A model generated the notes under the pieces. That model made no database searches. It was given only the letters and a program-made list of their open reading frames with translations, and was not told the origin of the DNA. The translations under genes and the position numbers were made by a program. From positions 60,672-124,671 of the forward strand of contig JANQKZ010000014.1 in the NCBI GenBank assembly GCA_028280845.1: a stretch of 64,000 nucleotides of DNA. The letters run 5' to 3'. This DNA is from Opitutales bacterium (GTDB lineage: Bacteria > Verrucomicrobiota > Verrucomicrobiia > Opitutales > JABSRG01). Below, one piece after another: positions 7,959 through 17,144 of this stretch (the stretch's first letter is position 1; each line of letters opens with the position of its first letter).

Positions 7959-9224
7959 TTATGGGGAGAGGTAGGGGATGACCATGGGGCCTTCGGGGAG
8001 GACAGCTATGGGGGCGTGTTTTCCTAATTTCTGGACTTCGACTTGGACGGTGGTCTGGAGATCGGCCACGTATTGCATAGCAGCGCGTTCAACATCTTCC
8101 CGCGAGAGTTCACTGTAGAGGCTGACTCTGGCCTGGAGAAGAACCATGGCAAATTGCTGAATCTGCCATTGATCGAGAAAAGGGGAAGGGGCATTAAAGA
8201 CCGAATCCATCATAGATTGCGGTGATTCATTTTCGAAGATGACCCGCTTAAAGTTACCATGGTCGGGAAATCCATCGGAGCAGGCAGCAGCGGAGATGAT
8301 ATGGCCTCCCTCTTCGACAATGTGGAGGGCCGCGGTGAGTCCTTTAACGGTTTGGTAGAGGTTTTGGTCAAGGGGGAATCCGCTATTGGTCGTCAGGATC
8401 AGGGGAAAGGGCCCAGGGCAAGGAAACATGGCTGATTCTTTTGCAAATCGGCATCCGGCTGCATGGGCGGCAAGGACATCGCCGAAGAAAAACCCGGTGA
8501 TCGCTTTCTGGCGGTTCAGCGTCACATTAATGAGGAAATCGACCGGGAGCAGGGAGCCATTGGCTCGCACCTGGTCCTGTGTTGGATTGCCTACCAGGTT
8601 GCCCCAGGTGCTATGGGGATCGGCCACGACGGCGGGGCGATGGTAATGCATGATGGAGTCCAGATCGGCGATAGCAGGAAAGACCCCCTTATAACCCCCG
8701 GAGAACCCAGCCCAGAAGTGGGGTTCGATGAAGCCGAGGACGAGCCGCTTATCGGCTTCGACATAGTGGGTATTGTAGGCCACCGGATTGCCGTCCGGAT
8801 CGTGGCCGACCGGGGTCATGCTATCAGGGTCGCCGGCGTCGTGATTGACGACGGCGAAACGGTCATAGATGGCGTCTCCCAGCATGTTTCGGAGTTCCGG
8901 TTCGGTATTGGCGCGGTGGGTCCCGGTGCCGTTGATAATGGTGAATTGCTCATCGCGGACATGGTTCAGATACTCGAATAGCCAGGGGAGTACGCGCCGA
9001 AGAGGAAAGGCACGAGTTATGTCAGGAATCACGATGGCGACCCGGTCGCTGGGGCGAATGAGCTCGCGCAGGGGGGGAGATTGGTAGGGTTGCTCAAAGG
9101 CCTCGAGGCACGCCTGGTGTTCGTCGGGAACGCCAGGAACCTGTTTGGGTTCGATCAGGGTGACATTGTGGGAAGGGATTTCGATGCGGAGGTCAGTCCG
9201 GCCGTATTGGAGGAAGGTGTTCAC
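7959..9224 (-). CDS. larA: LarA-family nickel-pincer-dependent 2-hydroxyacid racemase/epimerase homolog (DUF2088)
   Basis: 421 aa, GTG start. The N-terminus YGRTDLRIEIPSHNVTLIEP...DRVAIVIPDITR and the motif INGTGTHRANT are typical of lactate racemase-like proteins. Confidence 0.75.
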   Translation of the reverse strand: MNTFLQYGRTDLRIEIPSHNVTLIEPKQVPGVPDEHQACLEAFEQPYQSPPLRELIRPSDRVAIVIPDITRAFPLRRVLPWLFEYLNHVRDEQFTIINGTGTHRANTEPELRNMLGDAIYDRFAVVNHDAGDPDSMTPVGHDPDGNPVAYNTHYVEADKRLVLGFIEPHFWAGFSGGYKGVFPAIADLDSIMHYHRPAVVADPHSTWGNLVGNPTQDQVRANGSLLPVDFLINVTLNRQKAITGFFFGDVLAAHAAGCRFAKESAMFPCPGPFPLILTTNSGFPLDQNLYQTVKGLTAALHIVEEGGHIISAAACSDGFPDHGNFKRVIFENESPQSMMDSVFNAPSPFLDQWQIQQFAMVLLQARVSLYSELSREDVERAAMQYVADLQTTVQVEVQKLGKHAPIAVLPEGPMVIPYLSP

Positions 9225-9422
9225 GGAGGGTGGATTTAGGATTTAAGATTAGGTCCTACTTTGGGTGTGTCCCCTCGAAGATAAGGGTTATGGAGAAGGC
9301 TCGCTGTCCAGGAAGTAAATCCCAGGCAATGCTCAGGGTTTTGAATATCTGAAAACTGGTATCTGACATCTGGGTTCTCCCTCAAGCGTATGATTAAGAG
9401 CAGGAGTAAGCGGATCGAGGGG

Positions 9423-10103
9423 TTAAGATTTTTGGATGGGGAGGTCTTTAAGGATGGGTTCACGGTTGAGCTTGCTTTTCAGACGGGCCAGCATGATGAG
9501 GAGGAGTTCGGCGGTGGCAAGAGTGTCTCCCTCGGCGGTGTGGCGGTTTTCAATAGGGAGGTTGACGTGGGCGCAGACTTCGTCGAGGGAAGGCGGGCGT
9601 TGATTGCCGTATCCGGTTTTTCGGAAAGCATCTAAGGTGCGCATGGCGAGGTGGGCCGTATCGAGGATCGGATTCCGGAGATGAACCTGAAAGTGGCGTT
9701 GCATGGCCTGGTTGAGCATTCGGATATCAAACTGGATGTGGTGCCCGACAATGATGGTGTTCGTGATATCGGGGATGAGGGATTGGAGGACTTCCAGCTC
9801 AGGAGTTCCCTGGTCGATTTCCGTAGAGAGCAGTCCATGAATGGCGGGCGATTCTTTGAGGTCGAGGGAGGGGTGGAAGATGACGTGGCTACGGGCGGTG
9901 TTGAGGTATAGCTTGTAATCACTGACTTTCACCCAGGCGAGGGAGACCATGCGGTCGTGTTGGAGGTCGAAGCCCGTGGTTTCAGAGTCCAACACGATGA
10001 AGGAGGAGTCCTGGATCAGGCGGGTGCGGGTCCATGACCGGAAAGTGTGCGCCAGGTAGTGGGCGAGGGGAGCGGGCGGCTCCTTTTTTTTCCACCAGAT
10101 CAT
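9423..10103 (-). CDS. DEDDh 3'-5' exonuclease (DnaQ / Pol III epsilon-like)
   Basis: Exo motifs are FIVLDSETTG (ExoI), VGHHIQFDIRML (ExoII) and HTAEGDTLATAELL (ExoIII, H-x4-D). The ATG at 10103 lies 2 nt after the upstream gene's TGA. The track ORF extends to a TTG at 10130. Confidence 0.85.
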   Translation of the reverse strand: MIWWKKKEPPAPLAHYLAHTFRSWTRTRLIQDSSFIVLDSETTGFDLQHDRMVSLAWVKVSDYKLYLNTARSHVIFHPSLDLKESPAIHGLLSTEIDQGTPELEVLQSLIPDITNTIIVGHHIQFDIRMLNQAMQRHFQVHLRNPILDTAHLAMRTLDAFRKTGYGNQRPPSLDEVCAHVNLPIENRHTAEGDTLATAELLLIMLARLKSKLNREPILKDLPIQKS

Positions 10104-10105
10104 GG

Positions 10106-12067
10106 TCAAGCGGGGCGCTGTTCCAGACAAAACTCTGCGCGAAGACTGGTCTGGAGGAGGCGTTGGATGTCGAAGGCATTGGCCAGTTGGGCGCGTTCGA
10201 GTTTGGACAGATTTTCGGGGTTGATGAAGCGTCCTGAATCTTTTTGAGCGAAACCATTTACAGTGCGCAAGCGCATGAGTAACTCATAAGCTTCCCGGCC
10301 GTAGGCCGCCACTTCGCTCAAACTTTGGGCTCTGGCTCCAATCTCATCCAGGCGGTTTCCGGTGGAGTAGTAGTGGGTTATTCGATACTTGAACGAAAGG
10401 ACCCGGGCCGCGTCACGTATGGGGCTCATCCCCCTTGCCTTAATATCAAATCGCCCCTCTTGGATTCCTTTCTTTTCGACGATGAATTTGCCCCAGAAGT
10501 TGAGTGGTGGAGGGGATTCCACGGCGTATTCGGCCATTTTACGAAGCAAGGTGGGCTGCTTATCCACATGATCAAAAATGAGGGTGCGCAAGTCGGATGC
10601 GAGCTCTGGGTGACCCGCCACGAAACGCATATCAAAGAGGGTGATCCCTCGCAGCATGGCAACTCCGTCGGAAAAGCCGGTTAAGGCCCGGATTTCCTCT
10701 TCCCATTCAAGGGTGGATCGGCACCAGCGAGGATTGGAGGCCATAACGCCTCCCTGACAACGCGAAAAGCCGGCATCGACAAGGCGTTGGACGACTTTAT
10801 TCGTGAGGCGGAGAAAGGCTTGGCGAAGGGTTTCATCGCTTTCGGCATCTCCAGTCGATTGGAAGATGAATCCATTATCCATGTCGGTTCGTAAAATCTG
10901 CTCGCGGCGGCCATCGCTGCCGACCGCAATCCAAGCCCAGGGATGGTCGGGAACGGGTTGGTGTTCCTTCTCCAATTCAAGGATCGTCAACTCGATAAGC
11001 CGCTCGACCATGGCGTCGTAAAATTCCGCGCAAATCTGTCCCATGAAGATAGAAGAGGCCCCTGCTTTTAAATAGCCGTAAACGAGGTGCTCGATATCAT
11101 CGGCCATCTCCTTGAAGCGGGCGGGCGAGCGTGCCAAACGGATTTCCCGGAGGAGGCCAGCGGGATGGTGGCCGCTTTGGGTGAGCAGGTCCTTGTGGGT
11201 TACGACGTCAAGCGCTGGTGAATTCGGTGTGCCATCCTCGGTGATACAAATCTGGCCAATCCGTTGGCGAAGCATGAGAAGGATGGCCGTGGTAGCGCTT
11301 TCATCTGGGCCGATGGTGTGGACCGGTGTCGCCATGTGCTGGGATACCGGATCGCTCTTAGGGTGGTCATCGACGATGATCCGTTTGATGAGCGCGCTCC
11401 CGCTGAGGATTCCCAAGGGGTGGCGATCTTGGTTAACGACGAGGATGGAGGGTACCCGCTTGGTTGACATGAGCGTGGCCGCTTCTTCGATATTGGCTTC
11501 CGGGGAACAGGTGAGCAGGCGATTGAGGGGCCGCATTTCGATCTTTCGGGCGCCGACCAGGTGAGCTTCGAGAATATTGGACTCCGGTCTTGCTATTGAG
11601 GCTTTCGTGCTTGGGAGGGTTACATTGCCCCCAACGCGAGTAGCCCAGAAGAGATGCCGGCGAACGTAGTGGCGAGCGGCATCGTTGGCCTCCAACAAGG
11701 GCTGCAGGATATTCCAGGGGAGGGCGTAGACCAGGCTCTCCTCCACAACATGAGCCGTGACCCGGTAGGGTTCTCCTTCAATAAAGGCGGTGAGGCCGAG
11801 GACATCTCCCTCGTCGCGGACGCCGACCATTTCCTCGCGGTCATCGACTTTCCAGATATATTCTACTCGACCGCGGGCGAGGAAGCCGACTTCGTTGCGA
11901 GGGTTTTCTCCCTGAGTCCACACGGTATCGTCCCTCGCATAAATGCGAATGATGACCTGCGCGGCAAGTTGCTCGACCTCGGTGGCTCCGAGCATGGAGA
12001 AGGGAGGATACTGCAACAACGCCCGGGCTACCCGCTTGGGAATTTGATTGGTCGAGGAAGCGTTCAC
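10106..12067 (-). CDS. cNMP-binding + tandem CBS + DUF294 nucleotidyltransferase signal-transduction protein
   Basis: 653 aa. N-terminal cyclic-nucleotide-binding fold, a central CBS pair, the NTase signature AVGSDGRREQILRTDMDNG (G-S...D-x-D), and a C-terminal DUF294_C-like helical region. Confidence 0.8.
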   Translation of the reverse strand: MNASSTNQIPKRVARALLQYPPFSMLGATEVEQLAAQVIIRIYARDDTVWTQGENPRNEVGFLARGRVEYIWKVDDREEMVGVRDEGDVLGLTAFIEGEPYRVTAHVVEESLVYALPWNILQPLLEANDAARHYVRRHLFWATRVGGNVTLPSTKASIARPESNILEAHLVGARKIEMRPLNRLLTCSPEANIEEAATLMSTKRVPSILVVNQDRHPLGILSGSALIKRIIVDDHPKSDPVSQHMATPVHTIGPDESATTAILLMLRQRIGQICITEDGTPNSPALDVVTHKDLLTQSGHHPAGLLREIRLARSPARFKEMADDIEHLVYGYLKAGASSIFMGQICAEFYDAMVERLIELTILELEKEHQPVPDHPWAWIAVGSDGRREQILRTDMDNGFIFQSTGDAESDETLRQAFLRLTNKVVQRLVDAGFSRCQGGVMASNPRWCRSTLEWEEEIRALTGFSDGVAMLRGITLFDMRFVAGHPELASDLRTLIFDHVDKQPTLLRKMAEYAVESPPPLNFWGKFIVEKKGIQEGRFDIKARGMSPIRDAARVLSFKYRITHYYSTGNRLDEIGARAQSLSEVAAYGREAYELLMRLRTVNGFAQKDSGRFINPENLSKLERAQLANAFDIQRLLQTSLRAEFCLEQRPA

Positions 12068-12229
12068 TCAGCCTATTAGGGAGAGCGAGGGGGGAAATGT
12101 CGATGCCAGGAGGAAGGGCGGTCGTTGATGGTGGAGTGGGGAATGGTCCGTGGAGCGCGGGGCTGGCCCTGCGGTCCTCCCTGTTGCTTTTTGAGGAGTA
12201 AGAGCAGGAGAAGGTGTGAGGGGCTTTGC

Positions 12230-13336
12230 CTAGTGGGCATGGGCCAATTCGTACATGTTGGCGGCCATTTTGGTTGTTTCGACCCAGGCTCGCCAGGTGG
12301 CGTGGAGTTCCTGGCGGAGGCGGCGGATCTCGATTTTGATCAATCGCTTCTGTTCCGCGGTGGCTCGTTTCAGTTCCGCATATTTCCGGGTGAGCATGGA
12401 GGCCTTGGAGTCGAAGGCGTGGGCCAATTCCTCGAGTTTCCGCTTCAGCTCCGTGGCCGTTTCATCGAGTTCCTGACTCAGATGATCAAAGATGAGCTTT
12501 TTATCTTTGTTCACGAGAATCTTTTGCAGGCGGATTTTGTCCACAGTGCGGAGGTTGGAGGTCAGGCCAATCTTGGATGCCATCCAGATAATCCACTTGG
12601 AGGGATCAAAGTGATACCAGCGAATGCCATTGCGGAAGTCGTTGGCAAAGGCGTGGTGGTAGTTGTGGTAGCCTTCGCCAAAGGTGAGCAGAGCCATGAT
12701 GGCATTGTCGACAGCGGTTAATTCCTTGGCATAGGTTTTGGAGCCCCAGGTATGCGCGAGGGAGTTGATGAACCAGGTGCTGTGGTGAATTGCGAAGACC
12801 CGCAGCACAAAGGTGGAGTAAAAGGCAGCCAGCGGATCCATGAAGAGGCAGCCGAAGAGGAATATCCCGATATTGATGACGAGCGTCAGGGCCAGAAAAT
12901 GTTTGTGCTGAAACATGACCCGGGGGTTTTGCAGGAGGTCACTTACCTGGGATTCATCCATTTCCCGTTTGTAATCAAACAACCATCCCATGTGGGCGTA
13001 GAAGAAGCCCCGGTTGATGTTGTAGGGGTCCTTGTCTGTATCGACGTGTTTGTGGTGCATGCGGTGGTCGTAGGACCAGGCCAGCGCAGACCACTGAAGG
13101 GACAGGGTAGAGGCCAGGAGGGTAATCCATTCGAAGACCGGTTGGGCATTGTAGGTCTTATGGGAAAAGAGCCGGTGATAGCCCACGGTGATGGCCAAAC
13201 CGCCAATGCAATAGGTCAGAAGGAAGGCGACGGCAGCCTGCCAGGAAAAGACAGAGATGAATGCAGGAAGGAGCGCCACTACCAGGACGTGGTAAATGGC
13301 GATGAAAGCAAAGGTATCCCAATTTTTAATACGCAT
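12230..13336 (-). CDS. acyl-CoA/acyl-lipid delta-9 fatty acid desaturase with a C-terminal coiled-coil extension
   Basis: Histidine boxes are HRLFSH, HRMHHKH and HNYHH. The likely ATG is at 13336 (MRIKNWDTF...); the track ORF extends to 13405. The last ~100 aa are heptad-like and rich in K/E/L/R. Confidence 0.85.
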   Translation of the reverse strand: MRIKNWDTFAFIAIYHVLVVALLPAFISVFSWQAAVAFLLTYCIGGLAITVGYHRLFSHKTYNAQPVFEWITLLASTLSLQWSALAWSYDHRMHHKHVDTDKDPYNINRGFFYAHMGWLFDYKREMDESQVSDLLQNPRVMFQHKHFLALTLVINIGIFLFGCLFMDPLAAFYSTFVLRVFAIHHSTWFINSLAHTWGSKTYAKELTAVDNAIMALLTFGEGYHNYHHAFANDFRNGIRWYHFDPSKWIIWMASKIGLTSNLRTVDKIRLQKILVNKDKKLIFDHLSQELDETATELKRKLEELAHAFDSKASMLTRKYAELKRATAEQKRLIKIEIRRLRQELHATWRAWVETTKMAANMYELAHAH

Positions 13337-13443
13337 AGGAAAAAAAATAGTAGTACAGCCTCTAATTCGCGGCACCACCATCGGGGCAAAGCCCGGCAGT
13401 TTCAATAGCAGATTTGGAAAAAATGAAAGGGATCCAAGCGGGG

Positions 13444-14616
13444 TTAGCGGACAATTCGGCGGAGGGGAATATTCACTTGTGATGGAGCCGGCACTCCTGC
13501 TTTGATCGCGGGTAAGAAACGAACCGTTAGGATGAGTTCCCGGATTTGTTGATCGGTCTGAGGATTTCCAGTATCTACTTGAATATCAGATATTTCCCCG
13601 AGTGCGTTGAGCTGGAAAGATACCTTTGTCCGGTCGATCTGACTCGAACTCAAGACGCCTTCAAAATGGGCTATATCGAGCGGTTCAAATAGTTGTGGCT
13701 TTCGATCCGGCCCGCTGTAGTTTGTGACGTAATACCCATATAAGTATTCGTAGGCTTCATCGTCATTCATGGGAAGCAGCTCGGTGGTGAGGCTGGAAGG
13801 GAGCTCTTCGCGGCCAGTATAGAAGTGATACTGCATTTGAACGACATTGAAGTCCTTAGGGAAATTCCCCATCCACAGGCGGACTTTTTTGGGCTTGTGG
13901 GCCTCCAGATCCCCGATGGATTTAGTCAGGATATTCAAGACGGGTTTATCGCTGTCCAGCCCGGGATAGGTAAACTGAGCGACGGCAAAGAGGTAGGCTT
14001 CTTCCATATCCGTGTCCGGGGTGACCCTAAAACTAATATAGAGAGAATCGACCAGGTCGTCGCTGAACAGGAGTTGTTCCTCCATGTCTTGAATCTGATC
14101 GCGGATTTGAAGGATGTTATCCTCGGCTTCGTTGATCTGCTCCTGGATGCCACCGGCGGAGGATTGGGTCTGAATCGGAGCTGACCCGAAAACGGCATTG
14201 CTACCGGCGCGCATCAAATAGCTCAACTGTGCTTCCCACTGGCTGCGGCGAGATTCCAGAGCCTGGATGGTGGTCAGGTAGGACTCTTCCTGGCTGGCCT
14301 TGGGCCGAACCTCGAGATCTTCGACGTGAATATACTTCGTAGAAAATTTAGGGGAGCTCTTTAGTTTCAGCTGGTTTTCGTGGCTGACCCGTTTGAGTTT
14401 TCCCTCATAGGGAATGAGGAAGCGTTCATCCTCGAAGCCCATGACGGGAAACTCTTTTCCCTCATATTCAATGTGGAGGTTGATCCCGCGGAACATCGCA
14501 TTTTCCACGGGTTTATCAAAGAGGGCGGGCTGGGGGTCATTTGAATTTGCGAATAAAACTCCGCCAAGGCTGATAGCTATGCTCAGCCCGAAGGCAATTT
14601 TCCGGTGTCTAATCAT
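13444..14616 (-). CDS. secreted hypothetical protein with a possible TonB-C-like C-terminus
   Basis: 390 aa. Signal-like N-terminus, central coiled-coil segment, and a C-terminus (...ELILTVRFLPAIKAGVPAPSQVNIPLRRIVR) that resembles the TonB C-terminal fold pattern. Confidence 0.55.
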   Translation of the reverse strand: MIRHRKIAFGLSIAISLGGVLFANSNDPQPALFDKPVENAMFRGINLHIEYEGKEFPVMGFEDERFLIPYEGKLKRVSHENQLKLKSSPKFSTKYIHVEDLEVRPKASQEESYLTTIQALESRRSQWEAQLSYLMRAGSNAVFGSAPIQTQSSAGGIQEQINEAEDNILQIRDQIQDMEEQLLFSDDLVDSLYISFRVTPDTDMEEAYLFAVAQFTYPGLDSDKPVLNILTKSIGDLEAHKPKKVRLWMGNFPKDFNVVQMQYHFYTGREELPSSLTTELLPMNDDEAYEYLYGYYVTNYSGPDRKPQLFEPLDIAHFEGVLSSSQIDRTKVSFQLNALGEISDIQVDTGNPQTDQQIRELILTVRFLPAIKAGVPAPSQVNIPLRRIVR

Positions 14617-14809
14617 GGAGGGTAACAGGCCAAATCCCTAAGACTGTGAAGCAGGATTTTTGATCCAATTGGGGTTCGGCATTAAGGTTTATTACGATAA
14701 CCCCCTGTGATCAACCTCCGGGTTAGGTGACGGACCAGTAAGCCTGGAGAGAGGTATCCCTAAAAAACCGTTGGAGCAGAGGGCAAAGGGATCTATGGGA
14801 TGATGCGCG

Positions 14810-16198
14810 ATGCGAACCCAACGATTTATCCTGTTCATCTTATGCTTGGAGTGGGGCGGCTTATGGATGCATGCGGAGATTCCCGACATGCTGGTGTTCC
14901 TCACGGATGATTTGAGCCTGAGAGATGTATCCTGCTATGGGTCCCCGGATGTCCGAACGCCGAATATGGATCGGTTGGCTGCAGCCGGGATGCGGTTTGA
15001 TCTGGCTTTTGTGGCCTCCCCCGCCTGTGCGCCCAGTCGGGCTGCCCTGTTGACTGGCCTGATGCCGGCCCGGAATGGGGCAGAGTCCAATCATACATAT
15101 CCGCATGCCCCGTATTACCCCGGCTTTATCGGGTTGTTCCAGAAGATGGGGTATGAGGTGGTTTCATTTGGAAAAATCTCCCACGGGAGACTGGAGCACA
15201 AGCAACGCTGGAACTGGGATCATCTGGAGCGGCACTATGATGCGGAAACGGTACGCGCCTTTCTGGAGTCCCGCGATCCGGCTCAACCCCTGCTCCTCAT
15301 GGTGGGCACGCCTGATCCCCATGTGCCCTGGACGGAAGATATTTCTGGAGTTGGGGAGGCTCTGGTCTTGCCCCCGTTCCTGGTGGATACTGAGGAAACC
15401 CGGCAGTATCGCCGACAGTATTACGCTGATGTGATGAAGGCGGACGCAGCCTTTGGGGCCATTTACGATCTTTTCCTGGAGTATTCTGGCGAGGCATCCC
15501 CGGTTTTGTTTTCCAGCGACCATGGAGCGCAGTGGCCGGGAGGGAAATGGACTTTGTATGATGAAGGAACTCGGGTCCCACTGATGATTGCCTGGCCGGG
15601 GAGGATCGAACCGGGATCCGTTTCCGAGGCGATGGTCAGCTGGGTGGACCTTTTGCCAACCCTGTTAGATCTGGCAGGTGGTGAGCTCCCAAGCGAGATA
15701 GATGGGAACAGTTTTGCGGAGGTCCTGGAGGGTGAGCGTGCGCATCACCGAGACGAGGTGTTTACCACCCACACCGGGGACTCCAATCGGAATTTGTCTC
15801 CGATGCGAGCGGTGCGGACCGAACGGTTTAAGTATATCCGGAATTTTTACCCGCAACACCTTTACACCACCCACATCGATCATCTGCGCAAAGTGAACGC
15901 CGGAGCCTACTGGACCTCTTGGGAGGAAGCGGCCCGGGAGGACCCTGCTGCCGCTAGCCTGGTCCTCCGGTATTACCTGAAACCGGCGGAGGAGTTTTAT
16001 GATCTGGAAAAAGACCCGGAGGAACTGAACAACCTGGCGGGCGATCCACGTTACCGGGTGCATATCCATCGCATGCGGGAACAGCTCGGGGCCTGGATGG
16101 TGGAGCAGGGGGATACCCTCCGTGTGGTGTCCGACTTTCACCGAATAGAGGATCGCCAATCGCTGTTGGATGAGCTGCAGGCCGTGGCGGAAGAATAA
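14810..16198 (+). CDS. formylglycine-dependent sulfatase
   Basis: 462 aa with a signal peptide. Motifs are LVFLTDDLS and SPACAPSRAALLTGL (C-x-P-x-R). Confidence 0.9.
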   Translation: MRTQRFILFILCLEWGGLWMHAEIPDMLVFLTDDLSLRDVSCYGSPDVRTPNMDRLAAAGMRFDLAFVASPACAPSRAALLTGLMPARNGAESNHTYPHAPYYPGFIGLFQKMGYEVVSFGKISHGRLEHKQRWNWDHLERHYDAETVRAFLESRDPAQPLLLMVGTPDPHVPWTEDISGVGEALVLPPFLVDTEETRQYRRQYYADVMKADAAFGAIYDLFLEYSGEASPVLFSSDHGAQWPGGKWTLYDEGTRVPLMIAWPGRIEPGSVSEAMVSWVDLLPTLLDLAGGELPSEIDGNSFAEVLEGERAHHRDEVFTTHTGDSNRNLSPMRAVRTERFKYIRNFYPQHLYTTHIDHLRKVNAGAYWTSWEEAAREDPAAASLVLRYYLKPAEEFYDLEKDPEELNNLAGDPRYRVHIHRMREQLGAWMVEQGDTLRVVSDFHRIEDRQSLLDELQAVAEE

Positions 16199-16226
16199 GT
16201 CGATGTCCTGTTTCAGGGAATAAACC

Positions 16227-17144
16227 TTAAGGGTTATCTTTGGTGAGCCGGACGTCGATGGGGCTGAGGGTATCTATATGTAAATCGCGTTGGGGGAAAG
16301 CGATGACAATTCCGGCTTCGCGGAAGCGCTGGTCGATGGTGAAGTGCAGGTCTGACTGGACTCGGCGCAGGTCCATGGGACGTTTGACATGAGTCCAGAA
16401 GAGAACGGTGAAGTTCAGGCAGTTATCCCCAAACTCTTCAAAGAGGACGATGATCTCCTGGTCTTTATCGATATCCGGGTGCTGCTTAGCGGCATCTTCC
16501 ATCAGGTCATGGACTGCCCTGGTGTCGGACCCATAGGCTACGCCAACGCGGACCTCACCGCGGAGTTTGGCGTCGAACAGAGTCCAATTGACTACCTTCT
16601 GTTCAAGAAAGAAGGAATTGGGAACCAACACGTCCACGCCGTTGGTCCGTCGAATACGAACGCTGCGATTTCCAATATCGGCGATCTTTCCACGTTCCCC
16701 ATCTTCGAGCTCCACAATATCTCCGATCCGGATTGGCCGCTCCATCATAATGATAAAGCCGGAGATCAGGTTGTTGATGAGGTTCTGCGCCCCGAATCCT
16801 ACCCCAATCGCGAGCCCTCCGCCGAGGACCGTGAAAATAGTGACGGGAATGCCGGCGATCGGCAGGGCGAGGAAGACCACGAGCAAGATGAGGCTGTAAA
16901 AGACCAGCCGCTGAATTAAATAGGCACTATTTGCGGTGAACTTGTCTCCCTGGCGAATGCGCTTGCCCAGTAGTGACGCGGTTCGCCGTGCGATGAAACT
17001 CCCTACCAAGATAACGAGGAGCGCGATAATGACCTGATTCAGGTAAACGGAGGTATCTCCGCTATTGAAGAGCCGAAGGTGCCACACGTCAAAAAACCAA
17101 TGCACCAGGGTTTGCAGTAGAGGATACTCTTCCAGGCTCATCAC
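16227..17144 (-). CDS. MscS-family mechanosensitive ion channel
   Basis: 305 aa. Three TM segments followed by the conserved PIRIGDIVELEDGERGKIADIGNRSVRIRRTNG beta-domain. Confidence 0.9.
   Translation of the reverse strand: MMSLEEYPLLQTLVHWFFDVWHLRLFNSGDTSVYLNQVIIALLVILVGSFIARRTASLLGKRIRQGDKFTANSAYLIQRLVFYSLILLVVFLALPIAGIPVTIFTVLGGGLAIGVGFGAQNLINNLISGFIIMMERPIRIGDIVELEDGERGKIADIGNRSVRIRRTNGVDVLVPNSFFLEQKVVNWTLFDAKLRGEVRVGVAYGSDTRAVHDLMEDAAKQHPDIDKDQEIIVLFEEFGDNCLNFTVLFWTHVKRPMDLRRVQSDLHFTIDQRFREAGIVIAFPQRDLHIDTLSPIDVRLTKDNP

Noticed and set aside
9232-9252. Mini tandem repeat GGATTTA GGATTTA AGATTAG upstream of larA
   Set aside because: It has only 2-3 units and a different consensus from the TCGGARG family. 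It is too short to distinguish from chance.
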